DNA of 64,000 bases from Lama glama (taxonomy: Eukaryota): the NCBI GenBank assembly GCA_028534125.1, contig CM052817.1, positions 88,786,001 to 88,850,000 of the forward strand, given 5' to 3'. A program made the position numbers and the translations under genes. The notes beneath the pieces were generated by a model. It was given only the letters and a program-made list of their open reading frames with translations, was not told the origin of the DNA and ran no database searches. Below are positions 26,887 to 41,030 of the stretch, piece after piece (position 1 is the stretch's first letter; each line of letters starts with the position of its first letter).

Positions 26887-27529
26887 GAATAATAATACAG
26901 AAGTACCCTATGCAAATAAACAAAGCAGAAAAGTTTAACACAGGAAATATGATCCAAGAGTGAGCAGAGTGTTGAACAAGAATATGATTCTTATACAAAA
27001 TGTTTCATTAAAGGCGATGCTTTTTATCCTGAAGTCTGTAGCATACTCTTTTGCCTTTTTCTCTGATGCCAGTCACAGAATCCTCATCAACGTATTTTTT
27101 AGTAGCAATCAACTACATATTGCTCTCTCAACAGTTTGATCAATGTTTTGAATCTGCTGAGAAGAAATGTATTGCTAATTTTTTGCTTTATAATATATGG
27201 ACAGATATTTAAAACATTAATGTTAATGACTGTATTAAAAAATTATTAAAAAGTGATAGAGAAAGCATATTTTACACCAAATCAAACTAGGACATTTACA
27301 AATAATTGTCAGATATTGTTTTACTGACTAGTTAAACTCATTGAGAAATTACTCTTTTGTACCCCTTCTATGTTACAAAGTCATGAGGATAGAGAATGTC
27401 TTACCTGCCTTCTGAATGTGTCATAATATCTAAGTAGTACTAGAAATATTTGATGTATTCTAATACATACCTACCTGTATGCCTCTTCCCACACAGCTCA
27501 GCAGTAGTGCTATCTGCTGCATGCCTAAT

Positions 27530-27660
27530 ATTCTTTTTTCCCTCCATTCTCAAATGTAAGTTCCAAAAGGGCAGGGGTCTATGTTTTGTTTCACTAATGT
27601 AGTTAGTGCCTAGAACAGGGCCTGGTACAAAGCAGGTCTTCAAATAGTATTAACCAAATA
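27530..27660 (+). mobile_element. LINE-2 3' terminus
   Basis: aatgtaagttccaaaagggcaggg...ttgtttcactaatgt...agtgcctagaacagggcctggtaca. Confidence 0.8.
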
Positions 27661-30199
27661 TATAAGCAGGTGAATATAATCAAGCAGAGTATTTAGCAAA
27701 GGGCTTCTATAGAAGTTGCTTTAAATTTCCTTCTTTATCAAAAATTCCATTTCTATAATGTGCAGAATCTGACCAAAGAATATATCACTTCATTATGATA
27801 TACAGACTTAAAAAATATTATTTATGACTTCACTTCCCACCATTCTTTATTTTATTGTGTGTTATTTAAATAGGAAACATTATATTACTTAAGTAAAACG
27901 AGATGACATCCATCACCTTCCAAACAGCATAGATCTCAATACTCATGGTGGCATAGCAGACATCAAGATAGACTTTTTATGTGTATTAAAATTATAATCT
28001 CTGTTGGCAAAGACACTTCATTCCCCTAACAATCTTTTTTTTATATACCAATGATTTGAGAAAAATTAAGAAATTACTGGGAAATGTACACAAGGAGAGT
28101 TTTCATTTCCTACTGAGCTATCATTTTCTTTTCTTTTTTGATACTCACAATAGATTAAGGCAGGATTCATGAACAAGAGAAAATAATGTCCCTAATAGAA
28201 ATTTGAGACTTTTTCAAGATTCAAAATACTCCTTTGGAATTTACAAACATGAGATACTATGACATCAAATACGAAAAATATGTAACTCTAGGATATGGCA
28301 TTTTCATGTTCATTGTTTATTCAGGATTGCAAAATATTTTAAGCAATTAAATTTTTATTTGGGATTTAAAATTAAATGCCATATATACTTAACATGCCCA
28401 ATGCCCTCAAATCCTTATTTTTCATATAATATTAAATATTAACTTTTAATGCAAAGTTTCCTGAGACTTGAGGTATACATATGTTTTTAATTTCTCCTCT
28501 ATCCATCAACTGTATCTTCTTATTTTATAGTCCAGTACAGCACTGACATAAAATAGCTTTTTGAAAATCTTCTATTCCTTGATGATGTAAAGTGCTTAGC
28601 AGGCTCTTGATATAATTTAAGGAGCCAATGAAACGTTGTCAGTGCCAGATATCTGCTCACTGGGAGATATGACAGTTATCTGGGAACTATTCACAGTGCC
28701 TTAACTTTCCAATATTTGCATTCTTTTGGAGTAACAAATATGTCACAAATGAGGTTTGATATGATTTCTCACTGACACATTACTAAAAAACCAGGCTAGT
28801 ATCTTCTGATTTTGCACTTTTAAGAAAAAGGGAAGAAAAGTTTCAATATGCCAAAATATTTTTACTTTCTAGGAGACACCTATTTGAGCTAATTTAAGGA
28901 AGCGAGATTAATTCTCTGGGAGTAATAAACAAAACACAACATCAAAAACCAGAGCAAAAAATAAAACAAAACAAAACCACTTAAACTGCTTAACAAAACT
29001 GAGTAGAACTATCCTTAATACCTAAGTCTTAATAAATAGTGATTGTGCATATAAATGAAGCATCTAATAGATTTACCTTTTAATATGTTGTACATTCTCC
29101 TGCAGAAGCAGAAACCTCTCAGTGCACAGGGCCCAGCTAAAATTTACTTGTGCTCCAAGAGAAACTGGAATTTTTAATTCCATGTTTTCTTTCTTATGGT
29201 TACAAGATATTTTAAAAGTTTAAAAATATACAGTATATTTACTTTTTTTTTTTTGCTTTCAACTGTCCTCTAAATCCAAGTATTTCATTCTCTCATGTTA
29301 ACGTATCTCCTTAATCCAGAAGAAGTGATCTATAAAATTTGACCCTACAAAGGCAGTGGTTTACTCATATAAGAACGTCTATACTTGACCAAAACTGCAG
29401 TTCTCACTGAATTAATATGAATAGGCTAGGGTATATTTTGGCACAAAAAACCTCAAAAATAATAATGCTTTCAGAGATAACCTGCTTTTATTGTATAAGA
29501 ATGTTTTATAGGCTCCTATTTTGATGGGAATGTGTTAAAGTAAGATCTTTTCCATTCCATTATTTTGTATAAGAGCTTTTGGAGCTTATTTTTATGTATA
29601 ATATGTTGATATTGAATATTGCAAAATATTTGAGAGAATATTGTGCTCTAAATTTTTGAAATGGAGTCAGTGTAACATGTATTTAACTTCCAAGCATAAA
29701 TTTAAAATAAGAAATCAAAATGGAAATGTTAATTTGACCAGAGAAAAATATTTTAAGCTTTCTACTAGTCACTCTACACATAAAACATGTCAAAATAAAA
29801 AAAAAAAGTAACACAATGAAGTGTAATAGCCTTAAGATATAAAATATTTATTCAAATTGATGAACAACTTACTAGGACTTCACTAGAAAAATAAGTAAAA
29901 TTTTAAAATGCTAATAGAATATATTTTTAAATTATTGGTTTTCAAACTTAAAGTTACAGGGAGTCTAACAATTCTGATAGGAGAACATGCCAATATGTCT
30001 TCTCTACACTGAATGGAAATTATTAGGGCAGAAATTTGAGGAAGAATTTTGGTGTTATAAATCAAAAGCCATGAAAATATTCAAAGCGCCTGCTCCAGTG
30101 ATTCCATTTTAGGTACTATGCATAAAGTATGCTAAAATTTTTATTTTATTGAACATTGGTGTACATTGTTCATTATGGCAAAACAAAGAATTGTAATTA

Positions 30200-30420
30200 T
30201 TTTTAGTGAGTAGTTACAATGTCCTCGCTATTCTTCTAAGTGATTTAAATATATTAACCCACTTAATACCAATGACAAACTTTTGAGGTAATACCTCCAT
30301 TTCAAATATGAGAAAATGGAATTCCAGAGAAGTTAATTGATCTGACTTGGAAGTAATAAGACATGAAGCCTAGCTGTCTGGCTCAGATGATCCAGACTCT
30401 CAATGATTACATGTCTGCCT
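30200..30420 (-). mobile_element. MIR SINE fragment
   Basis: cctccatttcaaatatgagaaaatggaattccagagaagttaa is the antisense MIR core. Confidence 0.6.
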
Positions 30421-30454
30421 CTCCTCTAGGGGGTGTTGATATACTAACATATGA

Positions 30455-30714
30455 AAATTCCAGTCATGGGGATGTAATGTATATAGCACAGTGACAATTG
30501 TTCATAATATTTCATTGCATGTTTGAAAGTTGCTAAGAGAGTAAATCTTAGAAGTTCTCATCACAAGAAAAAAAATTGTTAACTATGTATGCTGATAGAT
30601 GGTAACTAAACTTATTGTGGTGATCATTTCACAGTGTATACAAATATCAAATCATTATATTGTACACCTGAAACTAATATAATATTATATGTCAACTATA
30701 CCTCAATTAAAAAA
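30455..30714 (+). mobile_element. LINE-1 3' UTR, L1MA9-like
   Basis: ttgaaagttgctaagagagtaaatctt...tcatcacaagaaaaaa...gtggtgatcatttcaca...tgtacacctgaaactaatataat...cctcaattaaaaaa. Confidence 0.9.
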
Positions 30715-31468
30715 GACTTCTATGTAGGAATAAAACACTTAGCCACAAGCCTGGCAAAAAATAAACTATCATTATATGTCATTTATTATTATCATCATTA
30801 TAATTATTGCTAAGCCATTCAAATAATCTTTTCCAAAAATATTTGTTATAATCAGAAAGCTTCTGAAGATGTAATTAAGATCATGATATAGAATTACATA
30901 TATATGTGAATTTTTAATCTACATTTCACATCGTACTACATTTTCCACATTATAATTTTCTTTTTTAAAATTTTGAACAGCAGGTGAACAGCACCTCTAC
31001 AACAGATAAGATTAAACAAAATAATTTAATTATGTATTATGAAAACAAATTGTGGTAAGTACAAGGACTTTTAGGACTTCCAGTAACAGGCATGCCATAA
31101 TGAAAACTAGACCAAATAGAGAGGTCCCCTCCCTCCCATTTTAGTTTCCTTCCAAATATGCATAAACACAACTGTGTTCTCCATCTTATTATAAGCATGT
31201 CTGCTTCTTTTGCTGAAAGCTGCTTTACTACATTTTTCTTTCCTTAAGCATTTATCCTTCTCAATGCATACCTGAGCTGAGCAAAAGAATGTGTTTTACA
31301 CCATGGACAGAATTTGTTTTTCCATGATGTCTGTACACTAAGAATTGATAGTTAAATTGATAAAGAAAGAACTTTCTAATTGGCTGCATGGGAATGGTTG
31401 TCGTCGGAAATTCATATAATAGTTGTGCTGCATTGATAGAAAAATAGCATTTTATTATCCATTGTTAT

Positions 31469-31470
<2 letters not shown>

Positions 31471-31517
<47 letters not shown>
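31471..31517. repeat. (AT)n microsatellite
   Basis: Perfect AT dinucleotide run of about 23 units. Confidence 0.97.
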
Positions 31518-31521
<4 letters not shown>

Positions 31522-32177
31522 CATATATCAGTGGTGGCTTCTGCTGTTTCATGACAATTCAAAAGGGCACTTGGATCTAACCCTTCTAGGTTTAGAGAGA
31601 GAGGAAAAAAAACTTCATTTTTCTTTCAATTTTCTTAGTAAACCAAACTAAAGCTTTTGAATTCACCAACAGAGCTCTCTTGACTAATCTCTTTGGAAAA
31701 AAAAAATGTATCTTCCATGTGGCATCTCCTTCTCAGAATGACTTCTCATTCTGAAGTCACCGCACACATTTATATAGAGAAAAGATATCTGTAGCTTCTA
31801 AATCCTGCCCTCAACATTACACAGCAACATTACTTTTCCAGTATAACAAATTTTCTATTACCAAATTAAATAGGCTTTTAAAGTCACCACCCATCTCATT
31901 TCCCTGAATTATATCTGTATATGTATGTATGTGTTTGTGTACTTTCACGTGTGAATTCTTTCTATCAGAAACATGAGACTTCATTAGAGTCCTTAGAAGT
32001 GGGTTTCTCTGTTATTTTCCTAGTAATCAGCAAATAGCAAAATGTTCCTTAGCTTTAAGGGAATCTAATTTATATATTTGAAGTAAATTTAAATATCTAT
32101 TTTATTTGAAAGGAATATTGAGATTGTTTTCCTGTCTTAAATCTAAGGGTTGAATTAAAATACATAATTTCATTTTT

Positions 32178-32550
32178 TCTCTCCCCCACTCCCTTTTCCC
32201 TCTTTGGTAACCATAAGTTTGTTTTCTATATCTATGAATTTTTTTCTGTTTCATAAATAAGTTCATCTATGTCATATTTTAGATTCCACATATAAGTGGT
32301 ATCGTATGGTAATTGTCTTTCTCTTTCTGACTTACTTCACTAAATATGATAATCTCTAGGCCCACCTAGAGATTGTTGCAAATGGCATTATTTCATTCTT
32401 TTTTTTGGCTGGGTAGTATTCCACTGTGTATATATATACCACATCTTTATTCACCTGTCGATGGACATTTAGGTTGCTTCCTTGTCTTGGCTATTATACA
32501 GTGCTGCTATAAACAGTGGGGTGCACGTATCTTTTTGAATTATAGTTTCT
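32178..32550 (-). mobile_element. LINE-1 fragment (ORF2 end and proximal 3' UTR), truncated at both ends
   Basis: ggtaaccataagtttgttttctat...tagattccacatataagtg...gacttacttcact...gatggacatttaggttgcttcc. Confidence 0.9.
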
Positions 32551-33049
32551 TCCATAATTATTTTTTTGACATAACTTCCGGTATTCCAAAAGCTAAATTG
32601 AATTGATAATATTAGAGTAATAATATTGTATTATACAAAGGATTTGGGGAAATATGTTTGTAATGAAGTATTTATTTTCCTCAGAAAAATCAGTGGTTCC
32701 AAAATTAGAGACACAGACTAATTCTATTTTCCTCACGTTTCATTACATGTGCCTTTAATACTTATTTTGTTAATGTACAGAAAGGAGAAAAAATTATTTC
32801 CATTTCAAATTATAGAACTTATGTTTTTATGAAATTCAGTTCATGCTATTGAACTTGAATTTACTTATATTCAAGATGAAGGTGAAATGTTTTTCTAACA
32901 TATTTTCAGGGGTTAAAGTCAATTTAATGAACATTGCTTAGTATGTTTTCAGTATATTAAGAAAATATCAATATGATATTTTATTTAAATAACATAAACA
33001 GCACAGCATATATGTTGACATTACTACGTTTCTTCTGTAAAATATTAAT

Positions 33050-33371
33050 GAGCAGAAACCTTAATTATATCTAGTTGGGAGATCAAAAAGGTGAGCACTT
33101 ATGCCCTGTGATGAGAGCAGAGCCCGACAGGAAGAAGAAAGACCCCTCTTCTTTCCTGGTAAGGACTCAGTCAACAAAAAGCCATGGACTCTTTCTTTAC
33201 TATCCCTCTCAACTTCTTTTCCCTTCTTAATTGTTCTCCTCCCTTTGCCATGCTGGGGATTTGCACGTGGCTTGCCATGGTCACAGACTTCAAATTACAA
33301 TTCTCTGCTCATCCCAAATAAAGCCATCTTTGCTAGGGAAATGTCTGGCATTCTTTTTGTTTCAAGTCAAG
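33050..33371 (+). mobile_element. ERV1-class LTR (partial or solo)
   Basis: U3/R-like composition ending ...ctgctcatcccaaataaagccatctttgctagggaaatgtctggc...gtttcaagtcaa, similar to laurasiatherian ERV1 LTR 3' ends; left boundary uncertain. Confidence 0.65.
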
Positions 33372-33459
33372 AATTCCTGAAGGAATTAATAAAATAGCTA
33401 GGGTGTAATTGAAAAGGACGTTTTTGGGTTATCTCTGTCTTTGGATATTTCCTAGACCT

Positions 33460-33620
33460 AATGAATTTAATGGTGTGTGTAGGTTTCTGAAATCTCTGTT
33501 CTTTGGTTTCTTCATCTACATAATGGTAGTAGAATTTACTTCATAACCTGTTTTGAGAATTAGATAACATGAAACCATTGCACAAGGCAATGGGTAGTAG
33601 GTGTTGAACATTCAATAATT
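33460..33620 (+). mobile_element. MIR SINE fragment
   Basis: ctctgttctttggtttcttcatctacataatgg...ttttgagaattagataa. Confidence 0.55.
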
Positions 33621-35029
33621 CTTTATGACAACAATACTGGCTACCAATGGTGATGTTAAGCAGCTATCCTTTCTTTTTTTTCAAACAAAAATGTCCTCAG
33701 GATTGGACATTACTGAATTCAGTAATTGACTGTGTTGTGATAGTGAACATGTCACAATTTCTTTGGGTCCCTGTTTGTATGTGATAATGCTGGCAAACAT
33801 CTTCTTCAAAAGAATATTGCAAGAATTACTTGGTATGATGACTTGAAATGCCTTGTCACACACCAAGAAACATACACATATCTGATGTTTATATCTTAAA
33901 TGTACTTTGAGGAGCTAGTGTTACAAGATTAGAAGATAAAAGTCCCATCCATAAGATTTTCATAATCTAAAGAGTATTGTAACATTTTAACAGGTGAATA
34001 TAATAGTTTGTTACTTTCATTAAATAAGGCTTGAACAAGATGGCAAGGAGGCAACAGAAACTGGGATTAAGTCTTCTCGTATGAATGAAGGACAACTCCA
34101 TAAAGGAGGTGCCATTGTATGTGGAAACCAACGAATGAAAAAGAGATTAGGAGAAGAGAATTGGTCTATGCAAACAAATGGGATAATGAACATGTCACAA
34201 TTACATCATCATGAGACATTCAGTATTTAAATGTCATTGAATGACTAGCTTCCAGGGACATGTTGGGGCCAGGAATTTTATACACACACATATGCATTCA
34301 CATATGCACAACGCAAAATAATTAAAGCAAGTCACCTTAATGCATACAGTCACATATTTAGAAGTGCTTTTCTACTTCTGGCATGAGGAGAGTTTTCTGA
34401 GTAAATGTCCACTGATTCTCCTGCTGCATCTGTCACTGCATCTTGATTCCATGTAAGTGTTGCTGTAGACTCAAATTGCAGTTGATTGACTGCTAAGCAC
34501 AACTTGCTCTGGTTAAGGAAATAAAGAGTTTGATTTCATACATATCCATAAAAGCTTGAAATGAGGTAAGGCTCTCAGTGCTCAAGTTCAGAATCTCCTT
34601 ACTCTTTAGTAAAAACACATTTTCATTTTTGAGTCCCCATACTTTTCAGATGTATGCTAAACTTAACCTCAATCATTCTTGACATAATCCCCTCTCTACA
34701 GGGTACTGTAAGTGGGTAAAGGTCAGTTGAAACCCTGGAGCTCAGGTGTGTGTGTGCATACCCTATGTGAGTGTAGGTGTGTATCAGGGTAGGTTGAGAG
34801 TGGGGTGGAAAAAGCCCCACAGCTCATGGGTGTTTGGTCCATACTAGTTAAGAGTGAGACTACGCACACAGTGATCTTGACTCTGAAAGTTTTTGCCTAT
34901 CATTTTCAGGATGTGAAAGTCTCTTCTGAATTTTCAAGTGTTCAATTGGGGTTTGATCTTTTAGTTCCTGCTCCCTTCCCAGCAATGTTTTAGAAATCCA
35001 GGCCAGAACCATGACATACAGATGTTTAA

Positions 35030-35682
35030 AAAATAGACATATTTACTACAAAACTCAGTAAATTGAGTAGAACGTAGAGAGTTCCTATATACTTCATCCT
35101 TCCGCCTCCCTCGAGTCCTCTATTAACATCTTGCCTTAGTGTGGTACATTTGGTATAACTGATGAGCCAATATTGATACTATATTATTAACTAAAGTTCA
35201 TTCATTAAGGTTCACTCTTGAATGTACATTCTATAAATTTTTTAAAAATGTGTAACATGTATCTGCCATTATGGCATCAAGATAATTTCATGCCCTAAAT
35301 GTTCTTGGTGCTTCATCTAGTCATCCCTCTCTCCTCTATTTGAATCCTTGGCAACCACTGATCTTTTCACTATCTTCATAGTTTTGCCTATGTCATATAG
35401 TTGGAAAACACAGTATGTAGCCTTTTCAAATTAGCTTTTTTCACTTAGTAATGTACATTAAAGACTTCACGTTCTTTCATGATTTAATAGCTCATTTTTG
35501 ATCACTGAATAATATTTTATTGCATGGATATACCACATTTGTTTATTCATTTACCTATTGAAAAACATCTTGGCTGATTCCACATTTTGGCACTTATGAA
35601 TAAAGCTGCTACAAATATCAGCATGTTGCATTTCATGTGAAGATTTCAGTTCATTTGGGTAGATACTAAGGAGCATAACTGG
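35030..35682 (-). mobile_element. LINE-1 3' region, L1MC-like
   Basis: tattaacatcttgccttagtgtggtacatttg...gatgagccaatattgatac...ggcaaccactgatctttt...tggatataccaca...tgaataaagctgct. Confidence 0.85.
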
Positions 35683-38309
35683 CCTTCCATTTACCAAATC
35701 TTCTAAACAGTTGCAATATTTTGATAGTGCATCTGATAAGAATTCTTACAATTGGCCTGAGAAAATCAAGGGAGATTATGTTGTATAGCATACTTAGTAT
35801 GTATCCTTACACAGCTCACTGTCCCATCCATTTCTGCTATATCAAAACTTTGTGAATTATACATGTATAAAAATATTATCAGTAATATACAACATTTCAT
35901 TAAGATTTACCATATGAACTTCATACTTGCTCATTATACAGAAGTTCTAAAGTTGTATTTTTCTGGAAAACCAGGAATCTGATAATGTGTATTAAATTTT
36001 TCAGACTTCTTAATATTGTAGTGATCTTCATCTTCTGATTCCTATAACTCACCTTTACACATATTCTGCCTTTGTCACATTGGTCTTTTATTTTTTCAAT
36101 TCAGATGTCCTTTGGTATAAAATAACAAATTCCTGTATTGCCTAAGAAACACCTCTATGTCCCTTTTACCCCATATTTTGTATAAATCTCATAAACCAAC
36201 AAATCTCTCTAAAACCGTTGTCAAATAAGCTCTTTGGTCCCCTCTCTGATTAGATTACAGGCATGTTTGTTTAAGCTCTGAAAGGCACGAATGGTGTCCC
36301 AAAGGGGAAGAGTACCTCTCTCTCCAATGAATACTGAAGTTCTTTCCGTAAGCTACCAATAGTACTTCCTGATCTTCTTCAAGGTTTGTGTATTTTATTC
36401 ATACCAAGTCCCTAAAACAGTGGGCCTCTAGTTAGTGGCTGAGGATGGGGGTAGGCCTTGCAACATTTCTAGCATCATAGAGGCATGAGATGACTCTGCT
36501 CCAGTCTATTGTGGAGCGAAGCTGTGGGGGAGAGTGGAACATGTTTGAAGTTGCCATTCTCTGAAAGGCAACTTGCGTATATTTCACCAAACCAAAGAAA
36601 CACTGAACACTGATAAAGGGTAAAGAAGTTCTATTCTGAAAGACTGAGATTAATGTGCATTGCTCTTAAAGGCTAGGTCATTGTTCCCTTGTACTACTCA
36701 AAGCAGGTAAGACGTCAACCCGAAGACATTGGAGCTGTGGGCTATGAATATACACTACCGATTGCTCCTCTCACAACCTCAGGGCCTAAGCTGTATGCCT
36801 AAAGAATTTAATAAGGCTCAGTTTTAGGATCTACAGAATTTTATCTTGCAGTGATCTTTTCAATCAAAAAGATCTACTGTTCCTCACTTACACTGTTGTG
36901 TGTTATTATCTCAATTATATCTTTTTTCCCTAAAATGTTCATGCTTTTTGTGTCATTTGTAAGGTATTTTCTTATAATCTCCACATATTTTATTTTTAAA
37001 AATGCCTCACAATCTTTCTTTAGGAATGCTTATTTGTTTATATTTATTATCATATTTTTGATTTAATTTCAACCATTTTGGATTGTTCTTGGTGTACAGT
37101 CTCTTTCCTTTTGATTTCTTCATTTCACTATGACCCACGATTAAGAATCTTGAAATGTGGATTGTTATTTCTCTGCACAATACAAAAATAATGCACAGAT
37201 TTTAAGATAACCTGTTTGTTTACAGTCATCATTCCTTACAGTTCTTTTCCTTGAGTCATTAAATACCCTCAAATCAATGGGAGACTCATTCTGTCTGGGT
37301 CATTGAAAGTGAATAATTGGATCCCTGTTTTTGGTTCAGTATAGTCAGTGCAACTTAGAATTAGGGACAGAAAAGTGGTCTAGTTCAATGTGTCTGTTTC
37401 ATCCTTGGGCCTTTCTCTTTCTGAACTCCTTTTTTTCCCCCTCAACTTGTTCTGAGGGTATAATTTGAGTTACATACTCTGTGTGCTGACTGAATATTTT
37501 ACAATGGATTTTTCTTCTCTATACTTCTGGTATGGTTGTAAATATTTTAATAAAAACTTGGGAAGAAGAATGTCAGGAACATCAATTCTGGTAACCCCAC
37601 AGTACAATGACTTGATCCACCTCTTCATTTTTATCTTCTACATTACACAATATACATGCTAAGATATTTTAAAATAAATTAATTATTATAGAAGTTATTT
37701 TCTTTCTAAAAGTTTAAAGTTTTTACATTCTCATGAGAACAAAGACCTACCTTACATTTTAATGTCACTCTTTTATTAAAGATTTAATGAGACATTTTCT
37801 TTTCATAGGTCTAAATCTTTCATGACATAAATCTGAGAGTAATACTTCTAAGACTCCATCCACTCATAAGAAACAGACTCATTTCAAATGAACAAAGAAA
37901 GCACAGAGTGTAAGGGCTGTGTGCAAAGGAGGAAAAATGAGAAAAAAAAATACTGCAAAAGAGAAACAGTTCTTCTAAAACGTTTGTTTTTGCCATTTTA
38001 ACTTCCAGTTAAATGAGTTATTACTAATTGAATGATCTTAAACCACGGTGCTTCATAATCAAATATTCCAGAACTTACTGTAGAACTGCAAGCACACTTT
38101 TTCAAAACATCTAAAGATATGTTATTTATAAGTAAATTTGAAAATTCAGTCATGTTTTTAAAATCTTGAGAAATAAAAAGAATAATTGATATTCTTGCTT
38201 ATTATGATTATTACAATTACCTGAATCTGGTACAATTTTTTCTTCTGTCTTTTTTTTTTAAACAAATAGCTTGGATAAAAGAAAACTTGCAAAGTACAGT
38301 TTTAGAATC

Positions 38310-38550
38310 ATGAATGGTGCAGTGCAATGGATAAGGATACAGCCTCTAGAGCTACAGTACCTGAGTTTATAGATGACTTCTGTCACTCATTACCTGTGAG
38401 ACTCTAAGTTACTTGAGGCCTTGTTCTCCAATTTCTTCATCCACAGACTGGTTAACAGTAGCTACCACACAAGGACAACTTTATGAAGATTAAATACGTC
38501 AATCCATGTAAAGCCCTTAAAACCATGTTGGGCAGAAAGTAGGAACTAGA
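38310..38550 (+). mobile_element. MIR SINE (near full length, decayed)
   Basis: gtgcagtgcaatggataagga...tcactcattacctgtgagact...tttcttcatc...gaagattaaatacgtcaatccatgtaaagcccttaaaacc. Confidence 0.7.
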
Positions 38551-40129
38551 CAAACTTTTCTTCTTATCAATGGACACAATTTTTAAATGGCCAGCATGAA
38601 AATGAAGCAATTGTATTTTACATTTGTGTAAACAAATGTACAACGTGAAACTGGTTTGTGTTACATTGGTATAACCAGTGCAAATTCAGACTGTGTAACC
38701 TATAGAATCAAATGGAAGAAAAAACAAACAAAAAACCCTCCACACACATCCCACCCCAAAGTCTTCTTACTTTAGTTGCCACCCCTACAAGATAAACTTG
38801 AATTTTATTTTATCTTTGTATTTTATCTCTTATTTTTTTAATCTATTGTCTAAAGGAACAAAAGTATTTTATAATTCTGTAATGAGATGAGTATGCAAAG
38901 AAGAAATGAGGGTGGATATATGAAAAAGGGAATCTGGATGTCTGAAATATCTGATTTCTAATGAGTTACACAGCATAATATTTTAGCCCATGTAGAGAAG
39001 GAAGGTGCCATTTGAACTGGTATTTTGAAAAAGCACAGTTGTAAGAACATTATCATAAAACAATTTTATTTTTGCCTTTGAGTACCTTGTAAAATTTCAT
39101 CAATGAGTACTGAATTTCCCCTGCTGATGGATGAAATCTTAGGTGCACTTTTTGAATTTTTCTGTCACTGTTAAGTGAAAACAAAATAAAACAATAATAA
39201 ACAAGATACTGCAGTTACCTTGAAAACAATTATAATATTCAAATATTAAAAATTCCAAATTTGATTTAAAATGGCCTCTCCTCTCCTCCCCCAAAGGAGG
39301 TGTGTTATACGGAAGAAGCTTGCTGCCAAGGAGGATTACATGATTGGCTTTTCTCTTTTTCTAGCCTACCATGGTTATTCCTGTTAACCAAAGATTCTAA
39401 CAATTCCTGGGTTGGCATGTAAGAAGGAGAGTCAACCAGTGCAATAAATGTCTTGCCTGGCTGAATGCATGTCTGTTTTGGCTGGCCACTCATTCCTTCC
39501 TCAGCTTCTTAGAATTCAAACATATTTCTGTTTCTACCTGCTGTGATTGGTTCACACTTAAGAATGCTCTCTTGGAGAGTTCTAAATCAATCATACAACT
39601 AATTTGTGTGTGTGTGTGCGCGCATGTGTGTTATGACCTATATTAAGTCCATGGGAAAACCTTATGCAGCCTTGCTCTGACTGAAAATGCAGGTATTTTT
39701 AAACTATACCCCTATTTTTCATCTTTATACCATTTTGATTATTATTCATAACTTAGATACCAATTTATTTTGTACTCTAGACTTCATTGTATATGTAGGG
39801 AGCTCTTCAAATGATCTCTTTAAGAAACTTCTCTTTTGTGTGAGGATGTATCTTGCCAGTGGGGAAGGGTAAGATTTCCCAGCATCATTCTATCTAAAGA
39901 AATCCTCTTAAAAAATCCTCTCCATGTCCCTCATTTTTTTGTATAACAGAAACAATTCAGCATTTTCATAAAATATAAATATTGCACTCTGTCATTCCTG
40001 CAGTAAGATATCCTACTGACCGCTTAAGTCAGCCTTGTTCATTGTGGGAGAGGAATGTCAAAGGCCTGAATGCTGAGAAGTCATTGGGAGCCTTCTCAGA
40101 AGTTGGCTATGGCCATGTTCTCTCTAACC

Positions 40130-40725
40130 ACCAAACATCCATGTACCTTACATGTGCAAAATACACTCACCCATTTTCCAAGCCCTGCAGAGTATCATCC
40201 CATTAAAATTCTAGAATTTTATCATCCAAATTAAGTTTTATATGTAGCTCCTCAGGTCAAGTTACTCTCAATCTGAAGACCTGTGAATTTAAGAGACAAC
40301 ATTTCTGTCTCCCCCAATATGCATACAGACAATATAACAAAGAAGACCGTTCTAGGATACCACTATAGACATTCCTGTTCAAAATGGGTTGAGGGGAGTG
40401 GTAAGAAGTTCATAGGAATCAATATTCCTTAGTATTTGTAAAATCTTGCCAGGCAAATGTTGAAAGTTTCTTGTTTGAGACTCATTCAAATATTTATCAT
40501 GAACTGATGCTCCATGATTCTTGGCTCTCTGCCTTCTGGATTTCAGAATTCTTCATTTTACTCTAAATCTTTCTTCCTGTTCTATTGTAACAGCCCATGT
40601 TTGCACCTCAGTCATTTTCTCAGCCAACTTTCTGTACAAGTTTGAATTTCCACAAGACTTCTTTTAAGTTTTCACTCTCTCATTCAGTCAAAGCTGGCAC
40701 ACTTCCTGCCAATGTAATTCCCTTA
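40130..40725 (-). mobile_element. MaLR internal sequence (MLT1-int-like)
   Basis: ctcaatctgaagacctgtgaatttaagagacaa...ggataccactatagacattcctgttcaaaatggg...gccaggcaaatgttg match MLT1-int as I recall it. Confidence 0.65.
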
Positions 40726-41030
40726 AAGTTTTGTCCATTTATTTCTATTGAACTGTCTGTCTTTTTCTTGATCAATTTGTGGAAGTTTTTTTTTTTAATA
40801 TATCTTCGGAGTGAGTACCAGTTTTCTATTAGTTTTACATGTTACAAGTATCTTCTTCCACTATGTGGCTTGCTTCCTTAATCTTTACATATATATATTT
40901 AATTACTGTGATTTAATGTATCAGTCTTCATGGTTAGTACTTTTTATGTTTAAGAATCTTTATTCAAAGATCAGGTTAATATTCTCCTATATAGTATTCA
41001 GGAGACTTTTTTTTACTTACCACTTTTGGA
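40726..41030 (-). mobile_element. Old LINE-1 ORF2 fragment (L1ME-like)
   Basis: T-rich ttgtccattt...ttctattgaactgtctgtctttttcttgat...acatgttacaagtatcttcttccactatgtggcttg. Confidence 0.6.
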
